Shown here: piece by piece, positions 1-15,320 of the stretch
Numbering within the stretch: position 1 is the first letter of the stretch
Layout of the letters: each line of letters starts with the position of its first letter
NCBI GenBank assembly: GCA_964016885.1
Contig: OZ024740.1
Location: 68,882,001-68,946,000 of the forward strand
Length of the DNA: 64,000 nt
Direction of reading: 5' to 3'
Origin: Eledone cirrhosa
Taxonomy: Eukaryota
The notes under the pieces: model-generated
Seen by the model: the letters and a program-made list of their open reading frames with translations, nothing else
Database searches by the model: none
What the model was told of the DNA's origin: nothing
Position numbers and translations under genes: made by a program

Positions 1-454
1 ATATATATATATACATTGCTTTTTTCCACATATATTTTTTCTCTCTCATTTTGTATCAATATAATTTTGGTTTCTGGTTTTGTCTTTGATTCATGTGATA
101 GACGAAGATATTAACTAATTGTTTGTTTAATTATTACGCTCAATACTTTAAATTCATCTTCTATTCTTTACTACGGTACTATCGTTCAATATATGGAGAA
201 TATATCTTTAATATCCAATATTTATCCCCTTTTCATAATTTCTGACTATAATTTATACATCTTCCTATTTTTATATGAACTTCAATCAAGATTTTAACTT
301 TTAATTCCTAATTTTCAATCCTATTGCTAATTTTAATTGCCATTGTGAAACCTTCGTATAAATGTTATAAACACTTTACGGGTGATGGTCTCTTGTCTGA
401 GCATAAATAGAGGTAGTATTCAAACGTATACTCTACCGTTCGATTGTTTTGATT

Positions 455-678
455 TGGATCGCCTCAGGAATGGAACCTTATTATGTATGTAGCTGTCTGA
501 TGAGATCATGGCACTGGTCAGGCAGAATCGCGTTTTCATTGTATCTCAGCCTTATCAATAAAGGACTTTAACATCTGAAATAAATTCGCATTTTTTTATT
601 CCAAATATATTCCGTCATTCCTGTGTGGTAAAATTCCGTAGAGTGTTTGAATTGAACTGCATCAATGTTTATAGTAAG

Positions 679-680
<2 letters not shown>
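455..680 (+). mobile_element. PLE pseudo-LTR fragment (family C) with degenerate hammerhead
   Basis: Homologous to the reverse strand of 16631-16780 and to 17108-17250. GCTGT-CTGATGA at 492-503. Ends in (TA)n. Confidence 0.6.
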
Positions 681-857
<177 letters not shown>

Positions 858-864
858 ATGCAGG

Positions 865-1195
865 AACAAATGATGATCCATATATTTTGGATGGACACAT
901 TGTTTTTGTGTGAAGCATTGTTTTTGTGGTTAAAATCCAAATCAGAGATATAGAAATATATAGGTGTCACATCCAACTTTTTAAAAAGGTGGTATATGCT
1001 CACCCATTGTTTCAAGAATATCGGACTATGCAAATCAACTTTCTTGGTCAGTGATACGATTTTCCCGCCCATATCAAAACAAAAGACGCTCCTGCAATCT
1101 TTGTGTGATGGAAGTGATGGAGATTGCGATTTTATCAGATCTGCTGAACTCTCGACATGATAGAATCTTCAACTGCCAACATAAGGCATTACAAC
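865..1195 (+). pseudogene. decayed GIY-YIG endonuclease of a Hydra-type PLE
   Basis: Fragments YIGVTSNF.KRWY and CNLCVME..I..LLNSR..IFNCQHK parallel YVGST..FKSRLY and CKLCNLE..MLNNR..LFCRHR of the 36726 ORF. Confidence 0.65.
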
Positions 1196-1390
1196 TTTGC
1201 AAGACCAGCATAGGATTTGATATCGTATCTTTGTATCCATTCTACTTTAATCACTCACTCTTTTCACCACATTCCTTCTAACCGCCTTTATTCATCTTGG
1301 TGCCCACTTGTCTCCTCTGTTGTTGGTTTCTGTTGAGATAAATTTAATATTTCATCCCTCAATTTAATTCATAGCCTTTCAATCATTTCT

Positions 1391-1765
<375 letters not shown>

Positions 1766-2124
1766 CTCCTTTTTACACTATATCATTACAATAGGTTCCC
1801 TGATCAGCCATATTTGAAAATACCCTCCCCTTACAACTCTATTAATCTTTTTGTTGGTCATTTAGACTGTGTCTCTACTTTGTATAATTATTCCTGTACT
1901 TATTTTCTGTTCACTATTTTTGATATTTATATATTATAATTTCATTTCCAATTTCCTTTCTATACGAAGTGAAATGTGTACATTAAATTTGTCAGCAGTA
2001 AGCTATGCTTATTGCAGAAATGCGAAACTCACAACTAAGAATATAAACAAAATCTTTTCCCTGTTTATTCTCTTTCTAATGAAGTGTAATTCCAGACTCG
2101 TAATGCATACCAATGAACATTATA

Positions 2125-2312
2125 TGGATTGGCAGTATCGGTAGAGGGTCAGACACCATGCTTTCCAGCATAGTTACGTCCCTTTACGATCTGAGTTCAA
2201 ATCCCGCCGAGGTTGACTTTGCCTTTCATCCTTACGAGGTCGATAAAATAAAGTACCAGTAATGCACTGGGATAATTGATGGCCTTGTGCCAAAAGTAGA
2301 AACAATTATATA
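2125..2312 (+). mobile_element. tRNA-derived SINE
   Basis: A-box-like TGGCAGTATCGG, B-box GTTCAAATCC, central gccgaggttgactttgcctttcatcc..gtcgataaaataaagtaccag, AT-rich tail. About ten copies in the window. Confidence 0.85.
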
Positions 2313-2484
2313 ATGTAGACAGAGGAGGTGGAATGTTACGTAATTTTACAGAAATAAGTTAAAAATGAAATACACAATAATTTTTTGTCCACACATTCCT
2401 GCCTAGTTTTTCTTGATTTTTTCCTGGTACTATATTTGTATATATATTTTGTCGATACATCCATATATATATATATATATATGT

Positions 2485-2619
2485 CCAGAATTAGCCGTCG
2501 AAACGGCTTGAGCTCAGCCGTCGGGGTCTTACTTCTTCCTATTACCCACTCTACTACCCTAAGTATTGAGTACTTTGGTGCGTTATGGTCCACCTGGTTC
2601 CTTACCACATTTCCTTCGT

Positions 2620-2621
<2 letters not shown>
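2485..2621 (+). mobile_element. PLE pseudo-LTR fragment (family A, long tail) in (TA)n
   Basis: Homologous to copies at 16030, 18113, 39017, 39402 and 47948. Carries the GAAACGGC..GCCGTC hammerhead 3' half. Confidence 0.7.
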
Positions 2622-2654
<33 letters not shown>

Positions 2655-2730
2655 ATGTGTGTGGGGGGGGGGGGTATGTGTGTGTGTGGGGGGGTGGGTG
2701 TGTATGTGTGTGGGTGTTTGTGTGTGTTAG

Positions 2731-2783
<53 letters not shown>

Positions 2784-2989
2784 TAACATTTTTTTTCAAA
2801 AACCAAATTATACACTTTTTCCAAATATCTAAATATCCATATTTAACCTATATTTCCTTTATTTCTTCAATCAATCGTGATAATAGAATATAATAAACAG
2901 TCGTCACTGTGTGAGCTTAAATGTTTCTATTAACTTAGGCAGGAGGCTGCAGTATTTAAGACTATTCAACATAATTCGTAATATAATCG

Positions 2990-4350
2990 GCTTGTCTCCC
3001 CACAACTCCGGCGGACAGAATGGAGAAGGCGAAATCAGTTATCTACACCGATTCATTGGACTGCATACTTTGTCGTTGCCATGATTTGCTAGAATATTTA
3101 GCTTAAAATTTGCAAATATATTTCGCTTTGGAGCAACGGTTGGGTTACCCATTTTTCGATTACTTTAACAAATCTCGGACCTTTAATCATATAGATTCTT
3201 TCTAAGATGAACCATATGAAGGCAAAGCAGAAGCCTTATAATTCTAGTCTGCAATTTACGAATACATTTACAATGTCTAAAAGCTATGTAATGTATTATT
3301 TACTCTGTGAGAAGTTTTCTGATGCGACCTGTTCAATTGATAAATATTTCATTTACCTTATTTTATGTTGGTAGTAGTGTAAATATAAATAATATATCTA
3401 AGCTACAGCATTCACTGATCGGTAGGTTTGTCTTGTAATTATGTGGCAATCCTTTTAATATTTCCTAGCCTTACTTTTGTATCTTTCTGTTTGTAGCCAA
3501 TCAGTAAACAATATTTATCAGTTTCCAATGGTTTGTAAATCTTGCTTTTGTTATGTTAACCACAATTCTATTAGTAGATTCTATGGTGTTATCAAAGCAT
3601 AAACTCACAAGCCCTCTTGCATGTTTAGTTTCATTATTCAGTTGGTAAATGTGTGTTGTAATAAATATGTAATACCTTTAACCTTTGTTTTATCAGTTTT
3701 CTTTGCGGTGATTCCATATATATTCTATCAACAGCCTTTCATTTTTTGTTGTATTATACATTTATTATTGGAAAACTGTTAAATAAATTGATTGTAAATT
3801 CAACAATATTATCAAAGTACTAAGACGAATAAATAGTTAGCTCATCCTTAATTCCATTCAGATGTAATATAAAATATAAACGAAAAAGCTTTCGCGTATC
3901 TTATGGATTTTCATCTATTTCTCAAATCTGGTTTATAATTAAAAAATATAATGATGGGCTTTTAATTTGATATTAAATCGGAGCTACGGAATGAGACAGA
4001 AAAAGCTTGCAATCTCTTACCCTCTGAAGTAAATTTATAACATAAGAGCTGCAACTGAAAACTCTGTACCTGGTGAAAGCTATCTTGGCCTCAAATAATC
4101 GGTGTTCTTATTATTTTTCTTTGTACTATCATTATTTTAAGGTATGTGAATCTCAAGTGTAATCTCAAGTCATGGCATTGAACATATCTTGATGGTGTAT
4201 AAACTCTAGAACGTATAGTTATATTTTACGGGTGCATTCAAACTGTCATTTTTCTAGTTTCTAGCCTCTGCTTGTTAGGTCAGAAATATTTGTCTCTGGG
4301 AGCCATTGAACTAGCAAATATCCTTGATAATAAGGTCTCTTCAATTTTCT
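2990..4350 (-). pseudogene. heavily decayed DNA transposase, possibly hAT-superfamily-like
   Basis: Scattered minus-strand peptides in plausible order (SLCFDNT, KYCLL, PTDQ, WF..KGP, RNIFA..NIL). Many stops. Boundaries approximate. Confidence 0.3.
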
Positions 4351-4614
4351 GTTTCCTTGAGACAGCCAAAACCCACATTTACTTCAGAAACTTGCATAAA
4401 CAATTGACATGGTACGATGATTGCAACACATATGAAGCGACTGAGGTGTTTTAATGATGGCAGCCACGTTCCTGTCATGAAAAGCATAAACAGTTTAAGC
4501 GAGTTCCTGAAGACAAACGCTCCATATGTGAGTGTGTATGTGGGTATGTGCATGTATGTGTATGTGTGTGTATGTGTGTATGCGTGTATGTGTGTGTGTG
4601 TGTGTATGTGTGTA

Positions 4615-4647
<33 letters not shown>

Positions 4648-4859
4648 TCAAAAACAAAATCAACAAAGGAAACAATGACGATCCATATTAATTTAATATT
4701 CGATATAGTAGAAAATGAGTTTTGCGTTTCACACACTAGTCCTTCATCAGAAAATAGGACGAGAAATACAAGTTAAAATATCACACGCAATGATGTTATT
4801 TTCCCTCTTTCACTCACTGCCTCCGTCTCTCTCGCTCTTCCCATCTATCTCTATTATAT

Positions 4860-7140
4860 ACAAATGGGAGCGCACGCGCCGCCCGTCTGGTGGTCCCGGC
4901 GGACAGAATAGAAAAAGCGTTTCCGCGGAAGATGGTAAGGGAAACGCGTTGGACGAGCCATTCCAACTGGCGAGGCACACAACTGCGATTAGCCAACCAC
5001 CGATGCTGCTGAGTAGGGAGGTGGTCCTAAGGCTAAGAATACTAGAAGTCTCCATTGCTACGGGCTCGTCCGCAAGCCTGTCAGAGAGCGACCTACAGTT
5101 GGAAAGGTTATTCTAATCGGCCCGAAGTGCAAAAGACTGGATTAGTCGCAGACAGCATTAGGTTCCCGCTGGAGAATGTATTGCTGCATGTGGCTTCCCA
5201 GGTGAAGGATTTACCGCCACGGAACGGGAAGATAGACATGCCTTCTGGCCTTTTGCCGTCACCTCGGTTTAACCCCGAAGGATCGAAAGTGGAGGAGAAG
5301 CCTGAGTCATCCAAGACATGATTTATGATCTCCTTGAGAGCAACATAGGAAGCGTGGAACGCGGCCGGCACTGCAGTGACAGAACAATGGGCTGGAGGCC
5401 GAAAAATTATACAATGGATCCAATGCGACGCTTGTGTGGCTCGCAGATGTGTAGGCCGAGCTTCATTGAATCTTTATTTCTCGGGCTATCATTTTCCAGC
5501 TGAATACAAGTCGAAAAGTGAGTAAAGCATTGAGCCAGGCACAACTGTTGGGTTGCGAGGTCAAAAAAAAATATGCGAGGTGGTGTTCGTCGAGCTGGCG
5601 ATCTAGTCTGATCAAGGCCATGTCAATGTATCCCATATGCTCTGGGAGGACTTGACACCTACAGTGGGAAGAAGAGGAGGTACATCTATAGGCCGGAGTC
5701 CACACCGGTTACAAGTCTCACAGACGGTTTCGCATTCCTTCATCACAGTGAGTTCCTATGTTTTGTGGAGGACCCATTTGGTGAGGACACAGCATGAATT
5801 TACCGACGCAAGTAACGCCGGTAAAGCCAGTGAGATCAAAGACCAGAGACCAAGGCCATTGTTTCTATCAGGTAAGGTGGCCTATTTCCATGCAAAGTCG
5901 TCAAACCTAACGATGCACATCACCTCAGCTGCCCTCGGCTATAAGTGCCGATGTCAGTAAGGAGAGATGTGTGGCTGTAGTAAGGAGCACTACGAAATGC
6001 GTAGAGGAGCTTCTGCATGGCAAAGCTGTTCCTCAGTAGGAAACGGGTTGGAACAGTGACAGTCTGGCCCAGTCTACTCGTGAGGGACAGAAGCTAGTGT
6101 AGCCTGGACCTGGTGGTGAAGAGGATGGCCGGGATGATTATGAGTGCTCCAAATATGAGGACACCTTGTTTTGGCGATGGATTGCACGTCCGAGACGGGA
6201 GCTTATAAACCCTCCGCATCGTATTTGAAATTCGCCACCTACCTCGAGGTAGATTCACACCTGAGGAGGAGCCACCGATCACAGGTCGTGGCAAACAATC
6301 TCCACGAATCTGTCCAATGTGGCATTATTGCGGTACCAAACATTGAAAGGGGACATGATGCTCCAGGCAATATGGTCTATCACATGGGAAAGTAGGTGGG
6401 GGCCCAAATAATCTCTCTGTTTAATCTCAGTGGCTGAAATTATGACCATGTCAGCAGCAAGGAGCATGGTCGAGGCTATATACGACAAGTAGGCCAGCAG
6501 GTAGGCACAGTGGGCACGGCTGACTCGGGCCTTGAGCAGAAGGTCTCGGCTTAGACAGATGAAGGCATTCCTCATACAAAGTTTGACAGTGGGGTGTCTC
6601 ATGATGCTGTTTGTGGTGGGCAGCTGTTGAAGAACTTCCTAGCTGCGTGTGCATGCGCCACTCTCACCCCTCAGACAGTCCGCCGCCGAGTTGAAGTAGG
6701 CTGAGTTCCTCGTCCAGTTCGGGTGTGAGGGACCTGCAGAGCACCTTAGCAGCCAGTTTCTGGAAGACATTGTCCGCAGTATTAGGGCATATGTCACGCT
6801 TTATTTTCATTCTAAAAGCAGTCAGACAGGGCGAAAAGTAGAAGCCTAGCGCGTAAGGGACCAGGGCACCATTGATTAACCTTTAGATGCCTGCAACAAT
6901 TGCACTCAGATGACGGCGCCCTTCTTCGTCTAATAGATGGATTATTGCACTTTTACGTGGCCAGGTTGGAGGCTTTTGCTAGGAGGGAAGAACATCGTGG
7001 AAGACTTGATGCCTGCGTCAGATTCTACATATAGCAGCTGCAGATCAGGTGAAGGTATGGGTGAGGTCTGCAAGTTGCTCAGGATGTGAATTATAATGAG
7101 GATGTTGATGCTAAAATCATACAAGCCATCACAACTATTA
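4860..7140 (-). mobile_element. decayed CRE-clade-like non-LTR retrotransposon (RT plus restriction-like endonuclease)
   Basis: RNAF, QRDYLGPHLLS (QGDPLGP-like), FNVWY.., and DPSGLNRGDGKRPEG..PF.GGKS.TWEATC.NT (RLE region). GC-richer than flanks. Confidence 0.7.
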
Positions 7141-8078
7141 CTACCTTGTAGTCTGCAAGCTGCTATATATAATCTATTGCTTACCTCGTGCTATCTCTCA
7201 ACGGACATTCGAGTTGAGTGGTCATTAACATTGAGTTTTATTTTCTAAATAAAGTCAATATTATTTATTTCTGCTAAGTACGGATACAATTCATTTGTGT
7301 TCATTTCATCTCAAGCAGATTCACTAAAGTGAAACTGATTACATTTTCAATACTGAGCGGAAAGTTAACAAATTTCAGTAAAATACACAGTCCAAAGTCT
7401 TTCATATTGATTTCATTTCTTTAATGAAAATGTGCTTTCAAATTAACAACATCTGTAAACAGTTTAAATGAAGTTTGTACATGAGAGAGATATTCTGTAG
7501 AAGTGCAGTAATGGATGAAAAAAGAAATGAATTTGTTTAATAACTACTTCAATACCAATAAGGATTAAGTGACCGTTGATAAAAGAAAAAAAAATACATG
7601 AAATGAAAGGAAATTAAAAGAAATAGTAATGAAATTACATTAACTAATAACGCAAATAACATTTAGAACCAAATTGAAAATTTCATCTTACTCGGAAAAT
7701 TGCACATACAATACTAAAACTTCATTCTATCGTTGGTTTCGTTTTACCTTATTCATCTCAAATGAAGCGTTTAAATGGAATTTGATATCAAACATGTTGA
7801 ATATAAAAGATTACTATATAAAAATATAAAGAAAAAAAATCTGGAAATGGATTTCAATTCACGAGAGACGTTAATTTTAGCAACGATAAATGCTTAAATG
7901 GTGTATATATTTTCTCTCCATTGGTAGCATAACGAACGGAAATATTTCTTCATGATGTTTAATCAAGTTTAGGGTTCGTAAACAGCAATAACTAAAACAA
8001 ATATTTACAAAGACACTCTGTTGCTGCTGGTGATGCTGCTGATGTGCATAGAACATCATATATATATATATTTATATT

Positions 8079-8109
<31 letters not shown>

Positions 8110-8112
8110 ATA

Positions 8113-8178
<66 letters not shown>

Positions 8179-8245
8179 TGCGAGTATGTGTATGCTTGCG
8201 TGTGCGGTTGAGCGTGTGTCTGTGTTTATGTTTAACGATGTGTTA

Positions 8246-8527
<282 letters not shown>

Positions 8528-8742
8528 TAGAATGAGACCGTGCCTGTTGGAAGCTCCCGGATAGTGGGGTTACTAATTTTATTATTGGTCTATTATGCAA
8601 ATTAGTGTCGGAAAGGTTAAATTCCATACATGTAAATTAAGCCGTTGGAATAGGAGAAATATATAGATATATATATTCGTGTGTGGTTGACGGCGGACAG
8701 GAAAGCGTACCCAATACCGAAGTAGAGTTTCAATATTCATTG

Positions 8743-8848
8743 TATTAAGGCTAAATAGTGAGTCTTATTAATTTGGAGTTTTGCCGGTGTATCACAAGGT
8801 CAACAGGCAACACTCCAGAATAACAAGACTCACTATTTAGCCTTAATA
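8743..8848. repeat. ~105-bp imperfect hairpin
   Basis: tattaaggctaaatagtgagtctt...aagactcactatttagccttaata with further inner pairing. Confidence 0.85.
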
Positions 8849-8874
8849 AAATTAATATATATATATATACTACT

Positions 8875-8945
8875 TGCAATGAACTGGCGTCCTGTCACGT
8901 GGGGATTATTTTACTCTCAGTCGCTTCACACCATGGAAACCATGG
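8875..8945 (+). mobile_element. fragment of a second SINE family (V-domain-like)
   Basis: tgcaatgaactggcgtcctgtc..tactctcagtcgcttcacaccatggaaacc resembles a remembered SINE central domain. Confidence 0.35.
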
Positions 8946-9666
8946 AAACTGAATTCATATCTACTGATATCATGTAACCCAGTACAACTTGTCTCAAGGT
9001 CGGTTCGTCGGCGACTAATCCGACAATCTCACCAAGTTTTCTTGGTGGGGAGGGTAAATTTGAACACCCTGCAGGATGAAGAACAAAACCTGACAAAGGG
9101 CGGAGAAATTCATGTGAGTCAACGGCTATCCAGTAGTGTGTACATCTGTATATATTATGAGGGTGTGTAAATATGTAAATGCCAATTTAAGAGGGAGCAG
9201 AGCTCTAGTAGATTTAACTGGTTCGCGCTGAATGTTTTTTTTTTTGTGTATGTGTGTGCTCAGGTGTGCCTCCGTGTCTGTTCAAAAGGCCGCACAGCGA
9301 ATGGATCACGCGCAATAATATGTTCTTTCAAAATGAACAGCTAGCCTCGCTCATCCATGATCTGCCTCTGAGGTGGCTATCATAGTTTATTCCAGCAGGA
9401 ATGGTCGGATGTAGAGGAGGAATCACCGAAAAAATCCTGCTTATCACATAATAAGTTGTAACTCATGTGACGATAATCAATTCCATTAGATGACCTGGGT
9501 GTGGAAAACACCAGTGGCTTCGCAGATGATCGACTATTAATTCGACAATAGGTTGGCATAACTGCTCAGGGAGGCAAATAAATCTTTGGGTTGGCGGGTG
9601 TAAAGAGCCATTGGATAAAGCAAAATTAATTATTTTCGTTTGAATGAGTCATAACTCAAGAAGGAA

Positions 9667-9753
<87 letters not shown>

Positions 9754-9986
9754 AAAGTAAACGGAAACGACAAAGCAAACGACACAGTACTATATAATGT
9801 TATTATGTTAACGCTTGTTTTTGTAGGAAATGTGTCTTTAGGTTTCGGTAATTGAAATAAAAGATGAACTGGAAAGAAAAAGATATAGATAAGGAGAGAA
9901 CGGAAAATATTCTTGTTAAAAGGACGTCTAAAGTCTGTCAGCCATTATATACACACACACACACACAACACACACACGCGCACACA

Positions 9987-10057
<71 letters not shown>

Positions 10058-10062
10058 CATCA

Positions 10063-10335
10063 TAGAACCACCGATGATGTTGCAGATAAAAGAACTTTGT
10101 TAGACTATATATATGTATTTATATCTGTATTTTTGACCGTTGGTCAGTAAATGATAAACATTGATGGCCAAATGAATTAACTATGGAGATATAAAAGATA
10201 CAAAAGCGAAAACCAACCAAACAGTGAGTGTGTTCCTTTATTATTACAACAATAATATCCTCCCCAAGTATAGCAATATTTGTTTCGACACACGATTTCA
10301 TATAAAAAACCTTGCATAACAAATTCATCGCCGTT
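10063..10335 (+). mobile_element. PLE pseudo-LTR (family D), degenerate
   Basis: Homologous to 23440-23692 plus the long tail of 23141-23200. Confidence 0.65.
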
Positions 10336-10698
10336 ATATATATATACATATATATATTTCTGTTGAGCTCTGCTGATGAATGAAATTCCAACCGTGACCA
10401 TCTCCACTGAAAGTTTTCATGAAATAGTCTTTTAAGACTATACAGAGCATTTGATGTTATTCCAAATTGAAGGATAAGTGTTTCAAACTTTATTTTATCA
10501 TGAGTTAAAGGTCTATAGATTTTTCCCTGGATTTTACTAAATTCTGTGGATGAATTTATATCCTGATTCTCTTTTGAGATGAGTTTGAGTTATTTTTCCT
10601 AAATCATTCGTTAACTACTTTTCCCATCTTGACGTTATAGTCGCATATATGTTATAGAATGCCGTTAGCTTCTTGCTAAAACAATCTCTATACCTCTC

Positions 10699-10794
<96 letters not shown>

Positions 10795-12493
10795 GTATAG
10801 TGGTAGCTATGGTGCTTCCGTGGGCGGTATGCCAAAATTAGCACTTGATATTCATCAGAGTAGTGTGTATATATTAATATATACACTATATATTAATATA
10901 TACAGTGTATATATTAATATATATAATATATATACGATTTAATGTTTTCAAATCTAATTATGTTTAATTCAGTTTCATCAGATTTTGTGCAATGTTTTTT
11001 ACTTTTATGTACTGTTTGTTTTATGTAGTTTCATTGTATATGCTGCAATGCTGCTACACAGCGAACATATTTCTTCTAAGATTATAAGTTTTGTCAATCC
11101 GTGCATCTCTTTGAGGTTACATGTGTCATTAATTCTGGTTTCGACAATATTCATTTCATACTTGTTCCTTCTTACATTATATTTCTTTATTACTGTCATT
11201 TATTTAGTTGTCATGCCTGATAATATCAGCAGGCGCGTGAGTCATAATTCAAAAGCAAAATGATCAAATCCTCAGAAGTTTCTATCTATTCAACAGTTTA
11301 AGGTAACAGTATTTATATATTTCCGTTTGATCATCAAGGTGTTGCGTTATTACAAACCAAATATTTCTTTTCATCATATTCTTCTATTCGGTTCGCCACG
11401 TTTTTGTAAAGGAATAAATGAGAGTCTACGATTGAGATAATTTCTAATAGTTTAGTTTGTAATTATTGTAGTACATATATTTTAATTCATTGATGATGAT
11501 ATTTTCCTTCTTGTCATTTCACGGTTTGCTTATTCTTTATTTTCCTTTTTTTCTGTTTTTTACGATTAGAAAGATAATTTCTAATTAGTATAGTTTGAGT
11601 AAATAATTAGTAGGTACATATAATATAATACATTGATGATGATATTTTCCTTCTCTGTCCCTGTTAGCTAATGCTAGAGTTGTACATGTCGTATGATAGG
11701 TAAATATGGAAGACTGTGGTAATAGATGATAAATGTATAAAAATACATACACATGCATATATGTATTAATTAGACTATATGAATAAATTGACGTCGCATG
11801 TATTTGTCTGAAATGATTCGTTATATTGTTGACCCTCAAACTCTACAAATATAATATTTAGAAAAACTCGAGGCTTTAAGAAAAGAAGTTAATTTGAAAA
11901 ACAGGCATATATATTTACATATTTTTATTCCATTCATCAAAAATAGCGAAGGAATGGCGAAAATTAGCTTAACTTTCACACAAATATCGGCGGACGATCA
12001 AAATCGTGTATGTGTACGCATATGTGAGTAGGCGCATGTGTGTGTATGCATATATGTATGCGTGTGTATGGGCAAGCACTCTCAATATTGTGTTCGTTCT
12101 TTGTTTATCTAACTCTCTCACACATTTTGTGATGCTTCGTTTAGTATGAATATTTCTCCTTCAGCCCTTGTCTTATTTCTCTATGCATCTCACATTTATA
12201 CAATTCCATATTTTTCTTTAAGCAACCAACGAAGTAATACGTCTGGTATTATACATTACGATACTAAGATGCAAAAGAAATTAGTAAAATCTAATTTGTC
12301 CTGTCATGTTTGTCTTCACAAATTTGAGCGTAAATATCCATATTCTTGGCGGAAACACGGGTATGTCATTATCTTAGGTAGTGAGCTAACGAAAGAGAAT
12401 TTAGTTATTTACTAGAACTTTTGAAAAAACGCAGCCAGATGTCACCCAATATGTGTGCAGAAACAAACAAACCCGCATTAGACACACACACAG

Positions 12494-12595
<102 letters not shown>

Positions 12596-13360
12596 GTGGG
12601 GGTATGCCGAATCCAAACATAAATAACAAAGCAAACGGCACACTACAATGAAGAAGTAACTTAGTGTTATACTTGAAATAGTTGGAAAAGTATCTTAACG
12701 TTTTGTATGCTGGTCCTTTATCACAAAGACTGAACTCAATAATGATGCACTACATTCCATTCTTAAAATTATTTTACTCTCTTCTTTGCAAGTATATATA
12801 TATATATATATATATATTGAAAAGATAACAAGGACGATTAGTTACTCCTTCATTACATATATTGGTAGGTGACGCGCGTTTCGCCACTGATCAGCTCAAG
12901 GTTCGATCTGTATCGGTCTTAGCCGACTCTATACCCGCAACTCGACGGATCCCTTAAATTGCTAGTAGAAAATGAATACATGCTATATGATAAAGTCAGA
13001 AGTTCATATGCTGGCCAATAAGGCTTCTTTTGATTGGTGGAATAGATCATAGGGATGTTTTCGCCTGTAGTGTAGGGGGTGGGTGTGTTGATAAGATGGT
13101 GGTGACGGTCGCAGGCTGAGAAGGTCTGTGATGTGGGGTTGGTGGATTGTCGGTAGACAGATTGGCGTGTATTTGTGGCTGATGTTGTGTATAGTGTGGG
13201 TGTTTATGGTAATGGTGTTTATGGTGGTGTGGTGGATGTGTTGGTGGTGTCAAATACATTGAGGAGATACATACTAGACACACTTAGTCTGATTTTAACG
13301 TTGTATACATAGACAATGACATATGTACACATACACACACATATACAAACACATATACAT

Positions 13361-13407
<47 letters not shown>

Positions 13408-13522
13408 TATATACACATGTGTGTGTGTATACAGAGAGAGGAGGGAGTGTTAGTGGGGATGGCGTAGTACATAGATAGGGGGAGGGGAAGGGCCAATGGA
13501 GATGGCGTGTACATATAAATAA

Positions 13523-13553
<31 letters not shown>

Positions 13554-13845
13554 CATATTTATACGTATACACACAGATACACACACTTGCGTTGTTTAGG
13601 GAGGGAAAGTATGTGTTGGCGATGTTAATGATGTTAATGATTGTTGGAGTATGGAGATGTGCCTTGTGGTGGCGGTGGTGGTGTTATGAGCGACAACAAT
13701 TACACAGGATCGAATTATACGATGGGTTACAGGTTAAACAGTGACATAGGGAACACAGGGTAAACAAGGTTGTGATCATATAGCGATGTGTGTGGTAGTG
13801 GTGGTGGTGGTGGCGATAGGGTGATATGTTCAACAATATATTTAC

Positions 13846-14975
13846 TGGAATGGGACACATGTCTCTTCCGTCCATACTACAAACCTAATGAAAACCTTAA
13901 ATATGCCAACAGACACTCCAACCACCCTAGGAGCATAATTAACTCAACAGTTAAAATCGTTTCCTATAGAGTGTCCACCCTGTCGGCAAATAGAACTATC
14001 TTCAACCAGCACGCGGAATACTAGAACTCCGCACTTTAAAAGGCTGGTTACATTGAGAAGATTTCTTACAATGAACCAACTAGAACCGTAACGCCGCTAA
14101 TCATAATCAGACCCTTATAAACGAACATAGACGAGGACACCACACCTAGAACAAATAATAACCTAAGACCCTCCTTAGCTGGCAGGGCAGGCAGCGTCAC
14201 AGAGAACTGCCAAGGAGATAAACTATACTCTCCAACCCCAATAAGGACTCTGACTATTGCACACGTTTACGTAGTAATAGAGACAAAAGACATAACGCCA
14301 ATAGATTACTAGGAACCCCTATGACACATACTCCTGACCAAAACACACTCTCACTACCATCTAACCACAAAAACCTCACCAAACACCGTACAGCCCGAAG
14401 TAGACCTCTCACGTGTATTCTATACACGTTGCCACCAACATACCAGGGACCTTCTTCAGGGCTCTTGAACAATCTTTTCCACACACACATAAATACCACA
14501 AGCTCTTCAATAGACACACTGTAAAATTCTCTTTCCCCACAGCACCAAATCTATGCCACACAATAGAACACACTAATAGGACAAAAATAGGCAAACATAT
14601 GGTTGCCCCACAACAATCCACTAACACAACCCACAACGAAACCGCATACACAACACAACACAACAACCCACATGCCAGTTTCACACAGCATAGCACCAAC
14701 CGACAACGTGCCACGACACCGGTAACACCCAATTACAACTGCAAAAAACGGGCAGAATGCCCACTAAACGGAGAGTGCCTCGTTAAAAACATTGCTTACC
14801 GATGTGTCGTAACAGCTGACAATAAGGAGTACTCATACATAGGTGCGACCTCCACTACGTTTAAGGAGCGCTGGTATAACCTTAGAAGCTCCTTTAAACA
14901 TAGGCTGAAACGATCCCAAACTAGACTGGCTGATTTGATCTGGGACCTCAAGGAGCGGAACATCGAATTCCAAAA
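13846..14975 (+). pseudogene. PLE RT thumb, linker and GIY-YIG endonuclease (disrupted)
   Basis: FRPYYKPNENLKY..SNHP; FPHTHKYHKLFNRHTVKFS; NCKKRAECPLNGECL..IAYRC..YIGATSTTFKERW. Collinear with the 36726 ORF. Confidence 0.85.
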
Positions 14976-15320
14976 GACGCGTGGCCTAACTCCCCAGTGA
15001 GAGAAACCACTTCAGGTTATTTCTGGCCGAGTCGGCTGAGATAATTAAATTAAAATCTGCAATAAACTATAGGTCGGACATAAATATAAATTGCAGACAC
15101 CCAGGTTGAACACCTTTTCTGCACATTCGGCTGAGGGCCTCACACTAACCATGGCCCAACATAATATTAACCACCTTTGCCCTGTCTCACCGTCCCTCAT
15201 CTCAGTGCATTTGTTGTATAACATGTAACCCTTTGTAAGTCCAAATTTTGTATATATTATACCGCATATATCACCCCCACCAAAAGACACATGGCAACAC
15301 ACCCCTCATATTAGTACCAT

